Origin: Octopus vulgaris
Lineage: Eukaryota
NCBI GenBank assembly: GCA_951406725.2
Contig: OX597828.1
Coordinates: 74,710,001 to 74,774,000, forward strand
Length of the DNA stretch: 64,000 bases
Direction: 5' to 3'
The translations under genes and the position numbers were made by a program. The notes under the pieces are model-generated. The model was not told the origin of the DNA and did not search any database. It saw nothing but the letters and a program-made list of their open reading frames with translations. How positions within the stretch are numbered: position 1 is the stretch's first letter; each line of letters starts with the position of its first letter. Of the stretch, positions 39,570 to 54,679 are shown piece by piece.

Positions 39570-39988
39570 TGTGTGTGCGTGTGTATATACTGTATGTATG
39601 TGAGAGTTTGTTTCTTTAACGTTGTTTTGTTTCAGTTCCTATACTATATACTTCAGACGACGGCTGCCCATATTTTTAACTAATACGGTATGTATAGACA
39701 GATGTATACACCTTTCCTTTCTGTATAACATCTTTGTGAGCCGAAGGAACGGTTTCAGGTAAAATGGTTTTAATCCCGCCATGAGATATCATCAGGGATG
39801 TGTGCCGTCTTTGACCGTGTGCCGAGACAAGGGTCATAAAAACCCCAATTACAAAGGGTTGCAATAAGTTGGATTCTCTAATTTGCATACGTGATGCACT
39901 TTTAGCAGTTTGTACATATGTATGTATCAGTGTGTGTTCCATGCACGATTATCTATCGACATGTATACATACATAGAACAAATATGTG

Positions 39989-40058
<70 letters not shown>

Positions 40059-40162
40059 TACATATACATGTATACACACATACACACACCACACATACAT
40101 ACGTGTATGTCTATATATATACATATATATATATATATAAATAAATATATATATATATATAA

Positions 40163-40223
<61 letters not shown>

Positions 40224-40579
40224 CATACATACAATAAAGGCTGCAATTAGGGAGAATCAAAGACCTGTGTGTGTTGAGCTATATTGTTTTCACTTTTGCT
40301 GGTATATGTACACATATGTATCTATATATGTATATATGTACGTTAGTATTACTGCATGTATGTGACTACACATGTATATATATATATATATATATATGCA
40401 TGTATGTATGTATTCGTGTATGCATGTGTGTGTACACACGCGCGCATACACGCACCAACGTGCACATACGCAATACTTTCGCCCAAATGTGACTCATCGA
40501 ATCCTTTAGTGTTGTTCCTAATCTGTTTTCAAAGATAAACCACTTTGATCAATAACCGTATTGAACACCAAACCGTTCA

Positions 40580-40688
<109 letters not shown>

Positions 40689-40899
40689 GCATACACACAC
40701 GCACACGCGCGCATCCACAATCGCGCATGCATACATACGCACCCTTTACTTTCTTAACTTTCGACACGTTTGAGTACAAATGTGTCTATACGTGTATATT
40801 TATATAAATGTGTGTGAATATGTGTGCATACATACGTGTGTGTGTGTACGCGTGCATATATGCATATATATATATATATTACGTATGTATATGTGTATT

Positions 40900-40935
<36 letters not shown>

Positions 40936-41532
40936 TGTGTGTGTGTGTGTCCATGAAAATCTTTGACTGTATGCATTATGTATGCACGTGTATATATATG
41001 TGTATATATATGTGTGTATATATATATATGCATGAGTTTGTGTGTATGTTGTATTGCAAAATTGTTTATTTGTTTGTATTTTATTGTTGTTGTTGTGTTT
41101 ATCGTCGTCAGCGTTCCAGAAGGGGGTGAAGGGCGGGGTTCAGTGTGTCCCCATGGAGACATAATTTAGGTAGGAATTATGTTTACACACGCACGCACTC
41201 ATATGCCCCCCTCCTTATATTTACATACGTATAATCGCACTCACACACACACACACACATATGCACACGTATTTGCATACATTTACAAAGATTTACATAA
41301 ATATACACACATAGACACACGTGTACACTCACATACACTAACACACACACACATACACATATGCACACGCACATACACAATCTCACACACAATCACTCTC
41401 TCCCTCACGCACATAAACACACACATATACACACACATTCCCACACTCACACACTTTCTCTCTTACTCTCTCTCTCTTTCACGCACACACACACACTCAC
41501 ACACACATAAAGACACCTACACACATTACACA

Positions 41533-41564
<32 letters not shown>

Positions 41565-41831
41565 TTCTCTCTTTCTTACTCTTTCTCTTTAACTTTTTCT
41601 TTCTTTCTCTTTCTTCTCTCTTTCTCCCTCTTTCTTTCTCTCTCTCTTCCTCCTCTACCTCCTCCTCATCCTACCCCACTCACTCACCCCTGTCCCTATT
41701 AACAGGTTCCATTCACCGGAATCTGTCTGTTATTTGCATTCAGTCTGTGGAATTGTCAAACTCAATGAAACCAATCGCTTCCAACGAGAATCACACCAAG
41801 AAATCACACCTAACGCACGCGCGCGCGCATG

Positions 41832-41912
<81 letters not shown>

Positions 41913-41972
41913 ATGGGTTTGTGTGTGTGAGAAAAAATGAGTGTGTTTGTTTATGTGTGTGTATGTGTTTGT

Positions 41973-42016
<44 letters not shown>

Positions 42017-42158
42017 CGTATGTGTGTTTGTGTGGGACGTATATGGAGAGAGAAAGATAAAGATTTGTGTATATATATATATATTTACAAAATCTATCTA
42101 TCGTATATATGACTGTATAGCTGTATAAGAATACATACATACATACATACATACATAT

Positions 42159-42224
<66 letters not shown>

Positions 42225-42343
42225 TGTATATATATATATACATAGATAGATACATACATGCATTCATATATACATAAATACATACATACACAAATATATA
42301 TATATATAGTGTAAATAAATATATGCATACATACATACATACA

Positions 42344-42377
<34 letters not shown>

Positions 42378-42425
42378 AATACGTTTACATATATGGATAT
42401 ATACGTATGTACCTATGAATATGCG

Positions 42426-42471
<46 letters not shown>

Positions 42472-42539
42472 GTATGTATATATTTGTATGTATATATATA
42501 TATATATATATATGTATTTATGTATGTATATATTGTATG

Positions 42540-42580
<41 letters not shown>

Positions 42581-43068
42581 TATATGTAATATGTATATAT
42601 CATATATCTATGTATATCAGTCACCCACACCCACACACACACTCACACACCCACACCCACACCCACACACACACACTCACACACACATACGCAGGCGCAC
42701 GCACGCCCCCCCCCCCCATATTTACACATTTGTATATATCAATCAATTTGGTATGATTCATGCTTCGGCGTTGGAAAAAAGCATTGCTGTTGTTATGATT
42801 GCTGTTGTTGTTGTTGTTGTTGTTGATGTTATCGTCAGTTAATGGCGCGGGTGGGGGTGGAGGGAATGGGAGGAGGTGAAGATTCATTGACAAAAAATTC
42901 CACCTCCCTCCCCCCCCCCCCCCCTCCGCAACCTCCCGTAATCACCACGTCCTCCTCCTCCCACTCCCCGCAGCATCCACGCCATTCTTCATTCAACAAC
43001 TCGCTAACGACTCCCTCGCTTTCTCCCGTCTCTCAACCCCCTCCCCCCGTCTCAATATCTGTGGATTG

Positions 43069-43099
43069 TGACGTCATTATTGGCGGAGAGTCTGATTGG
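43069..43099. promoter_or_regulatory. Candidate CRE + two inverted CCAAT boxes
   Basis: TGACGTCA 43069-76, ATTGG 43079-83, CTGATTGG 43092-99 in a GC/CpG-richer unique island; motif match only. Confidence 0.35.
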
Positions 43100-43148
43100 A
43101 AACGGTGAAGGGTTGCAGAGAAAGGAAAGGAGGGAAGGGGAGAGGAGC

Positions 43149-43202
<54 letters not shown>

Positions 43203-43219
43203 CGGATCAGGGTAACTTT

Positions 43220-43272
<53 letters not shown>

Positions 43273-43600
43273 AGAGAGAGAGGGAACCAAAGGGAGAGGA
43301 AGGGAGAGAGAGAGAGAACTTTTTACAAGAATATACATATATATATATATATATGTAGAGGGATATATGTAGAGAGAGGGGAAGAGAGAGGAAGAGAAAG
43401 AGAAGGAGGGAGAGAAACTGAGTGAGAGACAGACAGATAGACAGACAGACAGACAGACGAAGATTTTCGAGAATAAATAAATATATATACATATACATAC
43501 ATATATATATATGTGTGTGCGTGTGACGAGGGGATGTATGTGTGCGTGTGTGTTTGCGTTTGTGTGTATGTGCTGTGTGTGTGTGTGTGTGTGTATGTGT

Positions 43601-43647
<47 letters not shown>

Positions 43648-44288
43648 CTACGGTCGAACTGTAGTGATTTACCAAATGAACAACTCTGGAACTGTATTCT
43701 CCACAAGAATGTTTCAAAACTCTACCGAATAATGGTATTTATAGAAGGGCGGCGGCGGCGGCGGTTGAGACGGAAAGGATGGGCGGCGGCGGCGGCGGCG
43801 GGTGGTTTATTCTGCTGAAGATTAATTTGGTAAAGGAAGGAAGTTTGACTTTACCATTGTCGGTGCTTTATTTTTCTAGTAGACTGATGATGCCGGTGGT
43901 GATGATGCCGGTGGTGGTGGTGGTGGGGCTGCAAAAGTCAGAGACAACAAAATCGATACTATACCAGTGTAGGCGTGGCTGCGTGATTGAGAAATTTGCT
44001 TCGCAATCACGTGATTCCAGAGTTCGATCTCAACGTACGGCACATGCGATTTCCATGACTTCCAGTTAGAAAAATGGTTTCTGAGAGAAATTTGGTACCA
44101 GAAACTGATCTATTTTCAAGAAATCAAGCTTTAGTTTTTCGTCAGTCTTTCATTTAGTTAACGACCACAATAAAGCACCGTGTCTACAAAGCACCATTTT
44201 TCTGTATCATACATACATACATACATACATACATACATACATACATACATACATACATACATACATACATACATACATACATACATAC

Positions 44289-44319
<31 letters not shown>

Positions 44320-45046
44320 CATACATGCATACATACATACATACATACATGCATGCATGCATACATACATACATACATACATACATGCATACATACATAC
44401 ATACATACATACATACATGCATACATAGATACATATATACGTAAAATGCATACAGCCACACTTATAAATACATAAATACATCCATACGAATACATGTACA
44501 TGCGTACACAAATATATGTGTATGTGTATGTATCTGTTTATATACGTGCATGTGTGTGCGTGTGCGTGTGTGTGTGCGTGAATTACATTTTATCAGGATT
44601 TCCCACGGATATTTCCACATTTTTTAAAGAAAAACATCGGTGATAATTAAACTACAATGGTGGATTCTCTGCTAAACTACCCCATACCCCATTGCAGATT
44701 TTGTGCAAATTTAAGCCGCAAACTCTTCTAAAGCGATAAATATTATTTCAAGACATTTATAGATTAAACTATCGTAGTTGTTATGTTAGAGTAGACATCC
44801 TTCGAAATCTTCACTTTGCAATTATCTCACAGCCAAGCAACTGCTCCGAGCAACAATATCTATTCAGTATGGTTGGTTAATCAGAAAGCTTGGAATTAAT
44901 GCGACATGTATTACCTTTTATTTGAAAGAATTTTAAGTAATTACTCTGCTAGAATTTTTACGCACATCGCTTTGGTAAATATTTTTACATTTTCACTCGC
45001 ACGTACACACACATATTCAAATATTCATCATATATATATATATATA

Positions 45047-45449
45047 CTCTTTTACTCTTTTACTCTTTTACTTGTTTCAGTCATTTGACTGCGGCCATGC
45101 TGGAGCACCGCCTTTAATCGAGCAACTCGACCCCGGGACTTATTCTTTGTAAGCCCAGTACTTATTCTATCGGTCTCTTTTTGCTGAACCGCTAAGTGAC
45201 GGGGACATAAACGCACCAGCATCGGTTGTCAAGCAATGCTAGGGGGACAAACACAAACATACACGCACCCACATATATGCATATATGCGACGGGCTTCTT
45301 TCAGTTTCCGTCTACAAATCCACTCACAAGGCATTGGTCGGCCCGAGGCTATAGCAGAAGACACTTGCCCAAGGTGTCACGCAGTGGGACTGAACTCGGA
45401 ACCATGTGGTGGGTAAACAAGCTACTTACCACACAGCCACTCCTGTGCC
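45047..45449 (-). mobile_element. SINE family B, full length
   Basis: Complete head to (GTAAAAGA)n tail; collinear with 48894-49341 and 56921-57330. Confidence 0.92.
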
Positions 45450-45469
45450 TATATATATAAATATATATA

Positions 45470-45505
<36 letters not shown>

Positions 45506-45804
45506 TGTATGTATGTATGTATGTATGTATGTATGTATGTATGTATGCCCTTATGCCCACTGTATTGCTTTATTTTAATCTATCTCAAATATTCTTAGTG
45601 TCAAAATATTTCTTTACTATTTAAATGAAGACATCGTGTTCCAGAGTTCCAGAGTTTTTAAAAATCGTCTGAAGATCGTCAACGTAAAACTCGGAATAAA
45701 TATTTAAATATCTATCTTCTAATAAATTACATAACTACTCCCTCAATATCGAATAATTCCTTTTGGTTTCACGTACATCTTTATACACACAAAGATTATC
45801 GTAC

Positions 45805-46085
45805 ATATCATATCGTTCGTTCATCGTTGTCGACGATGATCAAGGACATCAAGCGGGGGAAGTTGAGACATGATATATATCCTGTTGTGGTCGATCAGTC
45901 CGATGTGTATTGGAAAGGCTCTACCTCAGGCCGGGCACTGGTGGTCTGCGAGGGCTGAAAGGAAGGAACTGGCTGTGGATTTGCGATCCTGTTTGTGTTC
46001 ATAGGAGGGCGGCACCTCTGTTGGTGCAGCTTCTCCAGACAAGGCGGTCTTGCGCTTGTGTTTCCAAGGTGCCGAGGTAAATCAT
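45805..46085 (-). mobile_element. RTE-clade LINE 3' fragment
   Basis: Minus peptide LETQAQDRLVWRSCTNRGAA, then C2H2-like HQCPA*GRAFPIHIGLIDHNRI, then short 3' end CATCGTCGACAACGATGAACGAAC. Confidence 0.75.
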
Positions 46086-46254
46086 AAAGACAAATACATT
46101 TTGTATGTGTTTATATATAAATAGAAAATATAGATATAAAAATACCAGCACACATATATGTATATAGACACACATACATTACATACATACATACACACAC
46201 ACAGACACACACATACATACATACATACATACATAAATATATATACATACATAC

Positions 46255-46306
<52 letters not shown>

Positions 46307-46314
<8 letters not shown>

Positions 46315-46569
46315 ATATTTCGGAATGGTCATATTGCCAGTTTAGCCAATAAATGGCTGACGGTTAGTAAGGAGAGACACAAGTAAGTGAGAAGAAATCA
46401 AAGGACCACTGATGCGGTCACAGGAGTGTGACGAAAGAACTTTGGCCGAAATAAGATTAAGATTAATGTAAAAAATAAATATCACTGAAGCAAAATAACA
46501 CCAAATATATAGTGCGTGTGTTTTTATTGGCTAAACTGGCAATATGACCATTCCGAAATATAACAATAT
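46307..46569. mobile_element. PLE-like insertion: 47-bp perfect inverted repeats enclosing a decayed hammerhead (46403-46447, +)
   Basis: 46307-46353 is the exact reverse complement of 46523-46569; inside CCA-CTGATGC-G-GTCAC(aggagt)GTGAC-GAAAG-AA-CTT-TGG. Confidence 0.6.
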
Positions 46570-47590
46570 CTGTTTCAACACACGACTTCACATAAAAAAT
46601 CTTGCACAACAAATATTTAAACGTATATATATATATATATTCATATACATAATACATGCATAAGTGTGTGTATACATACATGCATTCATACATGCGTACA
46701 TATATACATGCATGCATACATACATACGTACATACATACATACATACATACATACATACATACATACATACATACATGCATACGTACATACATACATACT
46801 TACATACATACATACATACATACACACACATACATACATGCATGCATACATACATACATACATACATACACACACATACATACATGCATGCATACATACA
46901 TACATACATACATACATACATACATACATACATACATACATACATACATACATGCATACATACACACACAATGTATACATATAGTTTCCATCAAAATGTA
47001 TTGTTGTCTATTTTCTTCCTCCCGCCCAAACAGTTACAATAGATTCAAAGTTGCGAAATGACCAGAAAAAAATTCCATTACCATATCTTTACCCCGATAT
47101 TTTTATGTATAAAATAGAATGAATACATACGAAATGTTTCTGGGAGTGAAGAATACGATCTATATAACGACATTAAACGAATGCTTGGCTTCTTTATTTT
47201 AGATGGGGAATAGCAGACGACAGAGAGAGAGAAAGAGAGAGTGGAGAGAAAGGGGATGGAAAAATGGGACATTAAAGTAAAATGCAACAAAGCAGACGAC
47301 ATTATCAAATAACGCGATTCTATCGTTTTTTCGAATGTAAATGCGGGGAAAATGGTTTAAAATGCTGCTTTATTTTCTTAACAACCTGTATGCATAAATT
47401 TCTGTGTGTGTGTGTGTGTGTGTGTTGTTGTTGTTGTTGTTGTTGTTGTGTGTATGTGAGCTTGTGTCCGATAGAGATGGATAAACACACATATATACTT
47501 ACTTACATATATATATATATATACATATGTATGTAGATACATAGACAGACAGACATAGAGATACATAAAGTAGCAGATAGATAGATGGAC

Positions 47591-47625
<35 letters not shown>

Positions 47626-48893
47626 AAGACTGACAGAGATAGATAGATAAATAGGTAGGTAGATAGATTGATAGATAGACAGACAAATAGCGGGTACAAA
47701 TGCGTACAAATGTAAGTGTGCTTAAAATTGCTTAAACCACTGATTTAATGCATACATTAGCTCCCCCCCCCCCACACACACACCTTCTCTTCCACCCACA
47801 GGGTACATTATTTCATTCATACATCATTGCTTTTCGCGTATTTCCGTCAAGGGACTTCATTCGCAGACCGTTATGCTGAGGAGGAGAGCTATGGGTGGGT
47901 GAGTAAGGTGGAATAGCTTGATGTGACTACAGGGACCAAGTGATGGATGGATGGATGGAAAGATGGAAGGATGGATGGATGGAGTGGTGGTAATGGCGTT
48001 GTATGTAGGGATGGTGGTGATGGTTGTGGTAGTGAAGGTGATGATAGTGGTGATAGTGATGGTGGCGTTGCGGTGGTGGTGGTGATGCTGGTGATAGTGG
48101 AGGTGGTGGTGATAGCGGTGGTAGTAGTGGTGGTAGTGGTGGTAGTGGTGGTGGTGCGGTGGTAGTAGTGATGGTTGTGGTTGTAGCGGTGGTGTTTGTG
48201 GTGATGCTGGTAGTTGCGGTGGTCGTGGTTTTGGCGGTGGCGGGTTTTGTGATGGTGGATATAGTGGTAGCGATGGTTGTGGTGGCTAGTGGTGGTGGTA
48301 GCGGTGGCGGGGTTTGTGGTTGCTATGACAATGATGGTTGTGGCGGTGCTAGCGTGTATGGTGGAGACGGTGGTGGTGGTGGTGGTTACGATAGTGATGG
48401 TAACTGCTGACGTCTTTGTCATCATGAAGGTGGTGTTTTTGAACCATGAAGGTGGTTGTGTGAATGGAGCGGCGAGCGTTCTGGCGGTGGTTGAAATGGT
48501 TGAGATAATCGCAATGGTGGTGGCGATGAAGATGGAAGCCGTCGGAGGACATTCGAAGATGGAGTAACATCGCTGTTGATATGGAAATCTTAAAGAACAG
48601 AATTCTCCAATCTTTGCGATATATCTTCCTTTATCAAGTGGAACTGATCTTAATTACCATTTCGTAACCATGATACGTCTTCTAGAGGCGGAGAATCTTT
48701 TTTTTTATTATTATTATTAATCAAGAATTTATGTTCTATGGTATTTGATATATCTGTGTTATTTGTATTTGCTATTATAAACTGTTGACGAACGGACAGC
48801 ATCTCTGTTTGGGAACAGCCTTGAAAGGTTTAGTCGAACAAATCCCTCCTCCTACTCATTTCATATACATACATACATACACACACATATATA

Positions 48894-49088
48894 TTCTTTT
48901 ATTCTTTTACTTGTTTCAGTCATTTGACTGCGGCCATGCTGGAGCACCGCTCCTTTAGTCGAGCAAATCGAACCCAGGACTTATTCTTTGTAAGTCTAGT
49001 ACTTACTCTATCGGACTCTTTTGCCGAACCGCTAAGTTACGGGGCCGTAAACACACCTGCATCGGTTGTCAAGCGATGTTGGGAAGGT

Positions 49089-49158
<70 letters not shown>

Positions 49159-49341
49159 ATATGTATATATAACATATATACGACGGGCTTCTTTCAGTTT
49201 CCGTCTGCCAAATCCACTCACAAGGCTTTGGTTGGCCCGAGGCTATAGTAGAAGACACTTGCCCAAGGTGCCACGCAGTGGGACTGAACCCGGAACCATG
49301 TGGTTGGTAAGCAAGCTATTTACCACACAGCCACTCCTGCA
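48894..49341 (-). mobile_element. SINE family B, full length
   Basis: Same head and tail as 45047-45449, internal (CA)n. Confidence 0.92.
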
Positions 49342-49889
49342 TCTATGTAAAATGTCTGAGAAAGAAACCCAGCTGTTTCATGCAATGCATACCAATACAT
49401 ACATGGAAAGCAAAAAGTTTTTTAGGGTCTCTTAAAATACTATTGCGGATCCCCAATTTACTATTTTGTTTCATGGATCAAAAAAAAAACTCTTATATGG
49501 ACGCTCAAGGGCCATAATGGACCCGGGTTGAGAACCACTGATATACACAATATCGAGCGATTGATTGAAGAACTTTGGAAGCAAAACTCTATCACTGGAG
49601 CTAACTCTCATCAATTGTTTTAAAACTTTCGACTCAGTCGAGATGCAAATGTGATGAAGTCTTTGGGAAAACAGAACATCGAAGAAATACGTGCATCGCC
49701 CCGATGAAGGATGTATACATACGGTGAATATAATCGACTTTCACAGAGAGAAGCGGTGATGACATTCAGATTTTTTAAAAAATGGTGGGTGTGTGACAAG
49801 GAGGTACCATATCAAAGGAGCGTTTCAAAACAATCCTGGAAAACCTTTATCTTCGGAATTCTCGATTGGAAGAATTACAAAGTAGATCT

Positions 49890-50292
49890 TTTATCTTTAG
49901 ACTGCGGCCATGCTGGGGCACCACCTTGGAGAATTGCTTTTTATAGTCCAATGAATGAATCGACCCCAGCACTTATTATTGTTACTTTTTTGGAGCCTGG
50001 TAGTTATTCTATCGGTCACTTTTGCCAAACTGCTAAGTTACACAGGCGTAAACACACCAGCACCGATTATGAAGCTATAGCAAGGGACAAACACAGACAC
50101 TAAGACACACAGACACACACTTACATATACGAAAGGCTTCTTTCAGTTTTCAGGTACCAAATTCACTCACTAGGATTTAGTCGGCCCGAGGCTATAGTTG
50201 AAGGCACTTGCTCAAAGTGCCACGTAGTGGGACTGAACCTGGAACCATGTGGTTGGGAAGCAAGTGTTCTACCACACAGCCACGCCTGCGTC
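49890..50292 (-). mobile_element. SINE family B
   Basis: GACTGCGGCCATGCTGG ... CCACACAGCCACGCCTGCG. Confidence 0.85.
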
Positions 50293-50459
50293 TATAACAA
50301 TGGAAAACAACCTACATTTGACTCAGATTCCTTGAAGACATCTTGGTGATGGCAGGTGTAGAGGAGACGGGCGAAATAATGAGGGATTAGCGTGCCATTA
50401 TCAAGACGAACGGATTAGACATGAATAAGAGCAAATTAAATTAGCGATAGATAATCTTT

Positions 50460-50878
50460 TCTACTGAAGGCAAAAGGTCTGAAATCTTTTTGGCGGGGAG
50501 AGGGGGGGTACTAGTCAATTACATCGACCCCAGTGTTTCATTGGTACTTAGTTTATCGACCCCCGAATGGATGAAAAGTAAAGCCGACCTCGGAGGAATT
50601 TGAACTCAGACCGTAAAGACGGACGAAATGCCGCTAAGCATATTGTCCGGCGAGCTAACAATTCTTATTTATTTATTGTCCATAAGGGGATAAACATAGA
50701 GGGGACAAACAAGGACAGACAAAGGGATTAAGTCGATTACATCGATCCCAGTGCGTAACTGGTACATATTTAATCTACCCCGAAAGGATGAAAGGCAAAG
50801 TCTACCTCGGCGGAATTTGAACTCAGAACGTAGCGGCAGACGAAATACCGCCTAACGATTCTGCCAACTGGCAGCCTT
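50460..50878 (-). mobile_element. Two tandem SINE family C units
   Basis: GGAATTTGAACTCAGA core twice. Confidence 0.85.
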
Positions 50879-51070
50879 GAAGCCGTGATAATGAGATGGC
50901 ATCAAAAGGGCTACAGTGGAGGAAAATGAAACGGGGCAATTAGGAAAATAAACATTACGTGGGCAAAGAGCTTGGACGAACAAAGGTCAAGGAAAAGAAA
51001 CAAAGATGAAATGGATGTGGGGGAATGAGATTAAAACTTTCCAGTTTGGCTCGAATGAAATACCTTAAAC

Positions 51071-51390
51071 CAGCAGTTCTCAATTATGGCCCATATAGGA
51101 TTTGGTGGGGGAAGGGTGGCATGCAAATAAAATATGAGATTGGAGACACGCAGTTGTATATCAACGGTCCATGAAGAGAATGTATTTATTGTAGGAAACA
51201 GCTAACTTTCTTTCTCTAAGGTTTTTTACATTGTTCAACCTATGCAAGTAAATGTGTGAAAAGCCAAATAGAAATTTCGAAAGAAGTATCTTAAAACTAG
51301 TGTTAAGCATCGAATGGCTAGTGGGGGGGGGACGTCCATTGGAATAAATAGTTATCAAAGAGCGTCATATAAATGGTCAGAGAACCTCTG
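51071..51390. mobile_element. hAT (Charlie-like) MITE
   Basis: CAGCAGTTCTCAA ... GAGAACCTCTG ends; 8-bp TSD CCTTAAAC/ACCTAAAC; a similar right end GGTTGAGAACCACTG lies at ~49526-49540. Confidence 0.65.
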
Positions 51391-52231
51391 ACCTAAACCA
51401 ATATATGACACTATCAGCCGTTTACAGATCGGTAATGGAAAGGAAACTTGAAGCGTGTTAACACGCGATTAATACTAGGCATAACATATAAAGGTGAAAA
51501 CAATTGGTTGAGAAATGAAGGAAAGCAGACGATGTTGTTACAACTTTGAAATATGGGGGAAATGGCGGTGGGTGGCAGGCAAAAATAAGAGAGAGATAAT
51601 TGTTTGATAGAAATCTAGGAATGGCAACCAAAGGCGGGAAAAAGAAAATGAAGAAAGCCACGGAAGAGCGAAACGATATAGACAAACAAATACGGAAGCA
51701 TTATCAACTGGCGACATCAAACGATAGAAAGAGAAGCAAAACTGACGATGCTGTGCCGAGGCTTTCATTCTGTGGTGGTTCTACGCTGGTTGAGAAAGAG
51801 AGAAATTAACAATGAACCCTTGGTGCGTCAATTCCCTCCTCAGCCGTTCAAAAGCCCCAAATTCACAACGAGACTCTTACAAGATAACTGTGGAGATATT
51901 TCTACATATAAATAAATGTATATTTATATCGAAAGAGGATTTCACTACGTAAGAGACATCAGCTCTCTCTTTTGTCTTTGTGTCTCTTTCACCTTTCTCC
52001 GTCCTCCTCCTCCATGTTCTTTCCCCTCTCACCTTCCCACACTCCCTCTTTACCTTCTTCTTCTTCTCTCCTCTCACCCTCTCTCTCTCCCTCTCTCTCT
52101 CTCTCTATCTGTCCCCCTCTCTCTGTCTCTCCTTTTTTCAACTTCATTCTTTGGATTCTTACTTTCCTTCTCTTTTATTTTCATCTTTCTTCGTCTGCCT
52201 TTTTCTACCTTTGCTTTCTCCCTTCTATGTT

Positions 52232-52284
<53 letters not shown>

Positions 52285-52337
52285 CTTTCCCGCTTTGTCT
52301 CTTTCTCTCCCTCTCTTTGTCTCTCTTGCCCTTTTCG

Positions 52338-52371
<34 letters not shown>

Positions 52372-52922
52372 GTCTCTATTCTTCTTTCCCTTCTTTTCTC
52401 TATTTAAACACTTTTTCTCTCTCTTCCTTATGCCTGGTCCCTCCCCCCTGATTCTCCTCCCCCTTCTTCACCCCCCTGCTCCTCCCCCTCCTCCTTCCTT
52501 TTCTATCATCTTATCTTTTTCTCTGTGTCTTTTCCGAGTTCTGCACTGATCGATGAAATACAATCCAGCTGTGACCACCCTCTATTGTTCACTACTTTAT
52601 CCGTTGTTACATCACAACAACAACAACAACCACAACAAAAGCCATATTTGTTTTATTTCTCAAGTTCCATCTTTTGTGTTTATTTTCTATGAAACCAATG
52701 GCGAATAATAAACGTTGTTAGTTACAGCCGACCACAGGCTCACGATATTTCTCGAGAGCAACAGTTAGTGACAAGGGAGTATCTATAACTCGGTACAGAA
52801 CAAATATCTCAAGGGACTGTTTGTAAGGTACCCGTCTGTTGATTTACTCACCGCTGACCGATAAACAAATTCATGTGGTGTGTGTGTGCGTACGATGGAA
52901 CACTCTTCACAATCACTAAGCA

Positions 52923-52951
52923 ACTACTACTACTACTACTGCTGCTGCTGT

Positions 52952-53044
<93 letters not shown>

Positions 53045-53047
53045 AAT

Positions 53048-53086
<39 letters not shown>

Positions 53087-53157
53087 AACAATTACTACTA
53101 CTGCTACTACTACTACTACTACTACTACTACAACAACAAAAATTACTTCTACTACTG

Positions 53158-53191
<34 letters not shown>

Positions 53192-53208
53192 AAATACCAC
53201 CACCACTA

Positions 53209-53285
<77 letters not shown>
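52923..53285. repeat. (CTA)n-dominated compound trinucleotide repeat
   Basis: Direct reading. Confidence 0.95.
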
Positions 53286-54143
53286 GTGTGTGCGCGTGCG
53301 TAAGTGTTATAAAACGTGCCCAGTGTAACTTGAAACTGCAAACGGTACTGGGGCCCTTGTTTGGCAGTTCCAAGATTTTGAAGAGTGCGTGACCACCTCT
53401 TGGCAACTGTTGTTCCTAGATCTACTTTGGTCGGGAGTAGTAAGCACCAGGCACCGGTCAGGGTCCCGGCTTTGGGCTAATTCGTATATTAGGCCTTGTC
53501 GTCTTATGCATATGAAGATCCAGTGGACATTGCAGAAACAACAACAACAAAAAACCCTTCAAGATTCAACGGTGAAGGCGGCTTCAGCAACATATTGTGG
53601 GGTGGAGAGAGCAAGATGAGGCAAATATATCCTGACGTGACCTTGCCACTGAATTGAAAGATGGTCACAGACGTGAGTGGGGTGGATACTGTGCAAAACT
53701 CACGTACCCACGTGAGTTTCAGGAGAGGACAGATGCCACGGGTATCCTCCTTTACATGCTTTTTCAACTTTACCAATCACCTAAATAAGTGTCGTTTGGA
53801 ATGTATCCAAGATGGTCTTTGAATGCGAGGAAGTAGCATCCAATAGAAATATTGGATTGATTGTGGCAGCACCACGGAGTTCCGTACAAGAAAACAGCTG
53901 CCCAATTGTATTTCGGTTTATTAAAGAATTTATGAATTTGGTGGAATTTAAGAGAAGAATCGTGAAACTATATTGTTCTATAGAAAAAAGGAATATTGTT
54001 GTAAATATCAGATAGTCTTCTGGGAGACCAGTTCTTCATTGTTATTGGAAAATTTTCAAGAATACATACACACACACACGCACACACGCACACATGTATA
54101 TATGTATGTTTGCATACATACATAGATACATACATATATACAC

Positions 54144-54236
<93 letters not shown>

Positions 54237-54619
54237 GAGGGGGAGAGAGACAGAGTGAGATACATATATACATGGACACAGATGTATGTATCCTATTCAT
54301 GAATCTATGCACACACACACACACACACACATGTACATACATATACATAAATATATACACATACATACATGCATACACACGCACACACACACACATACAC
54401 ACACACACACACACACAGAAAGGGAGAGAATAATGCTGATGACGACGGCAACTAGGATGATGATGATGATGATGATGATGATACTCTCTTCCGTCGTGAA
54501 TGACGCAAGAATATTCCTTTGTTCGATCAACTGAACTGAACTATTCATTGAATTAGCATCAAAGTGGCTGAATGCTCCTAAGACACGTGCACTCTTAATC
54601 CAATGCATGTTTCACTGTA

Positions 54620-54677
<58 letters not shown>

Positions 54678-54679
54678 TT

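Larger units (their letters stand above)
49545..51040 (+). mobile_element. Heavily decayed RTE-like LINE reverse-transcriptase fragments split by two SINEs
   Basis: LINCFKTFDSVE (~49612-49642, cf. FIDFxKAFDSV) and LRFLEDILVMA (~50323-50355, cf. LRFADDI); many stops and frameshifts. Confidence 0.55.

Noticed and set aside
39637-39758. Plus-strand exon (TTGTTTCAG ... CAG|GTAAAA)
   Set aside because: One open frame but an unrecognisable peptide and no partner exons
47889-48570. Gly-rich or mucin-like ORFs
   Set aside because: Degenerate (GGT/GAT)n low-complexity sequence with no recognisable domain
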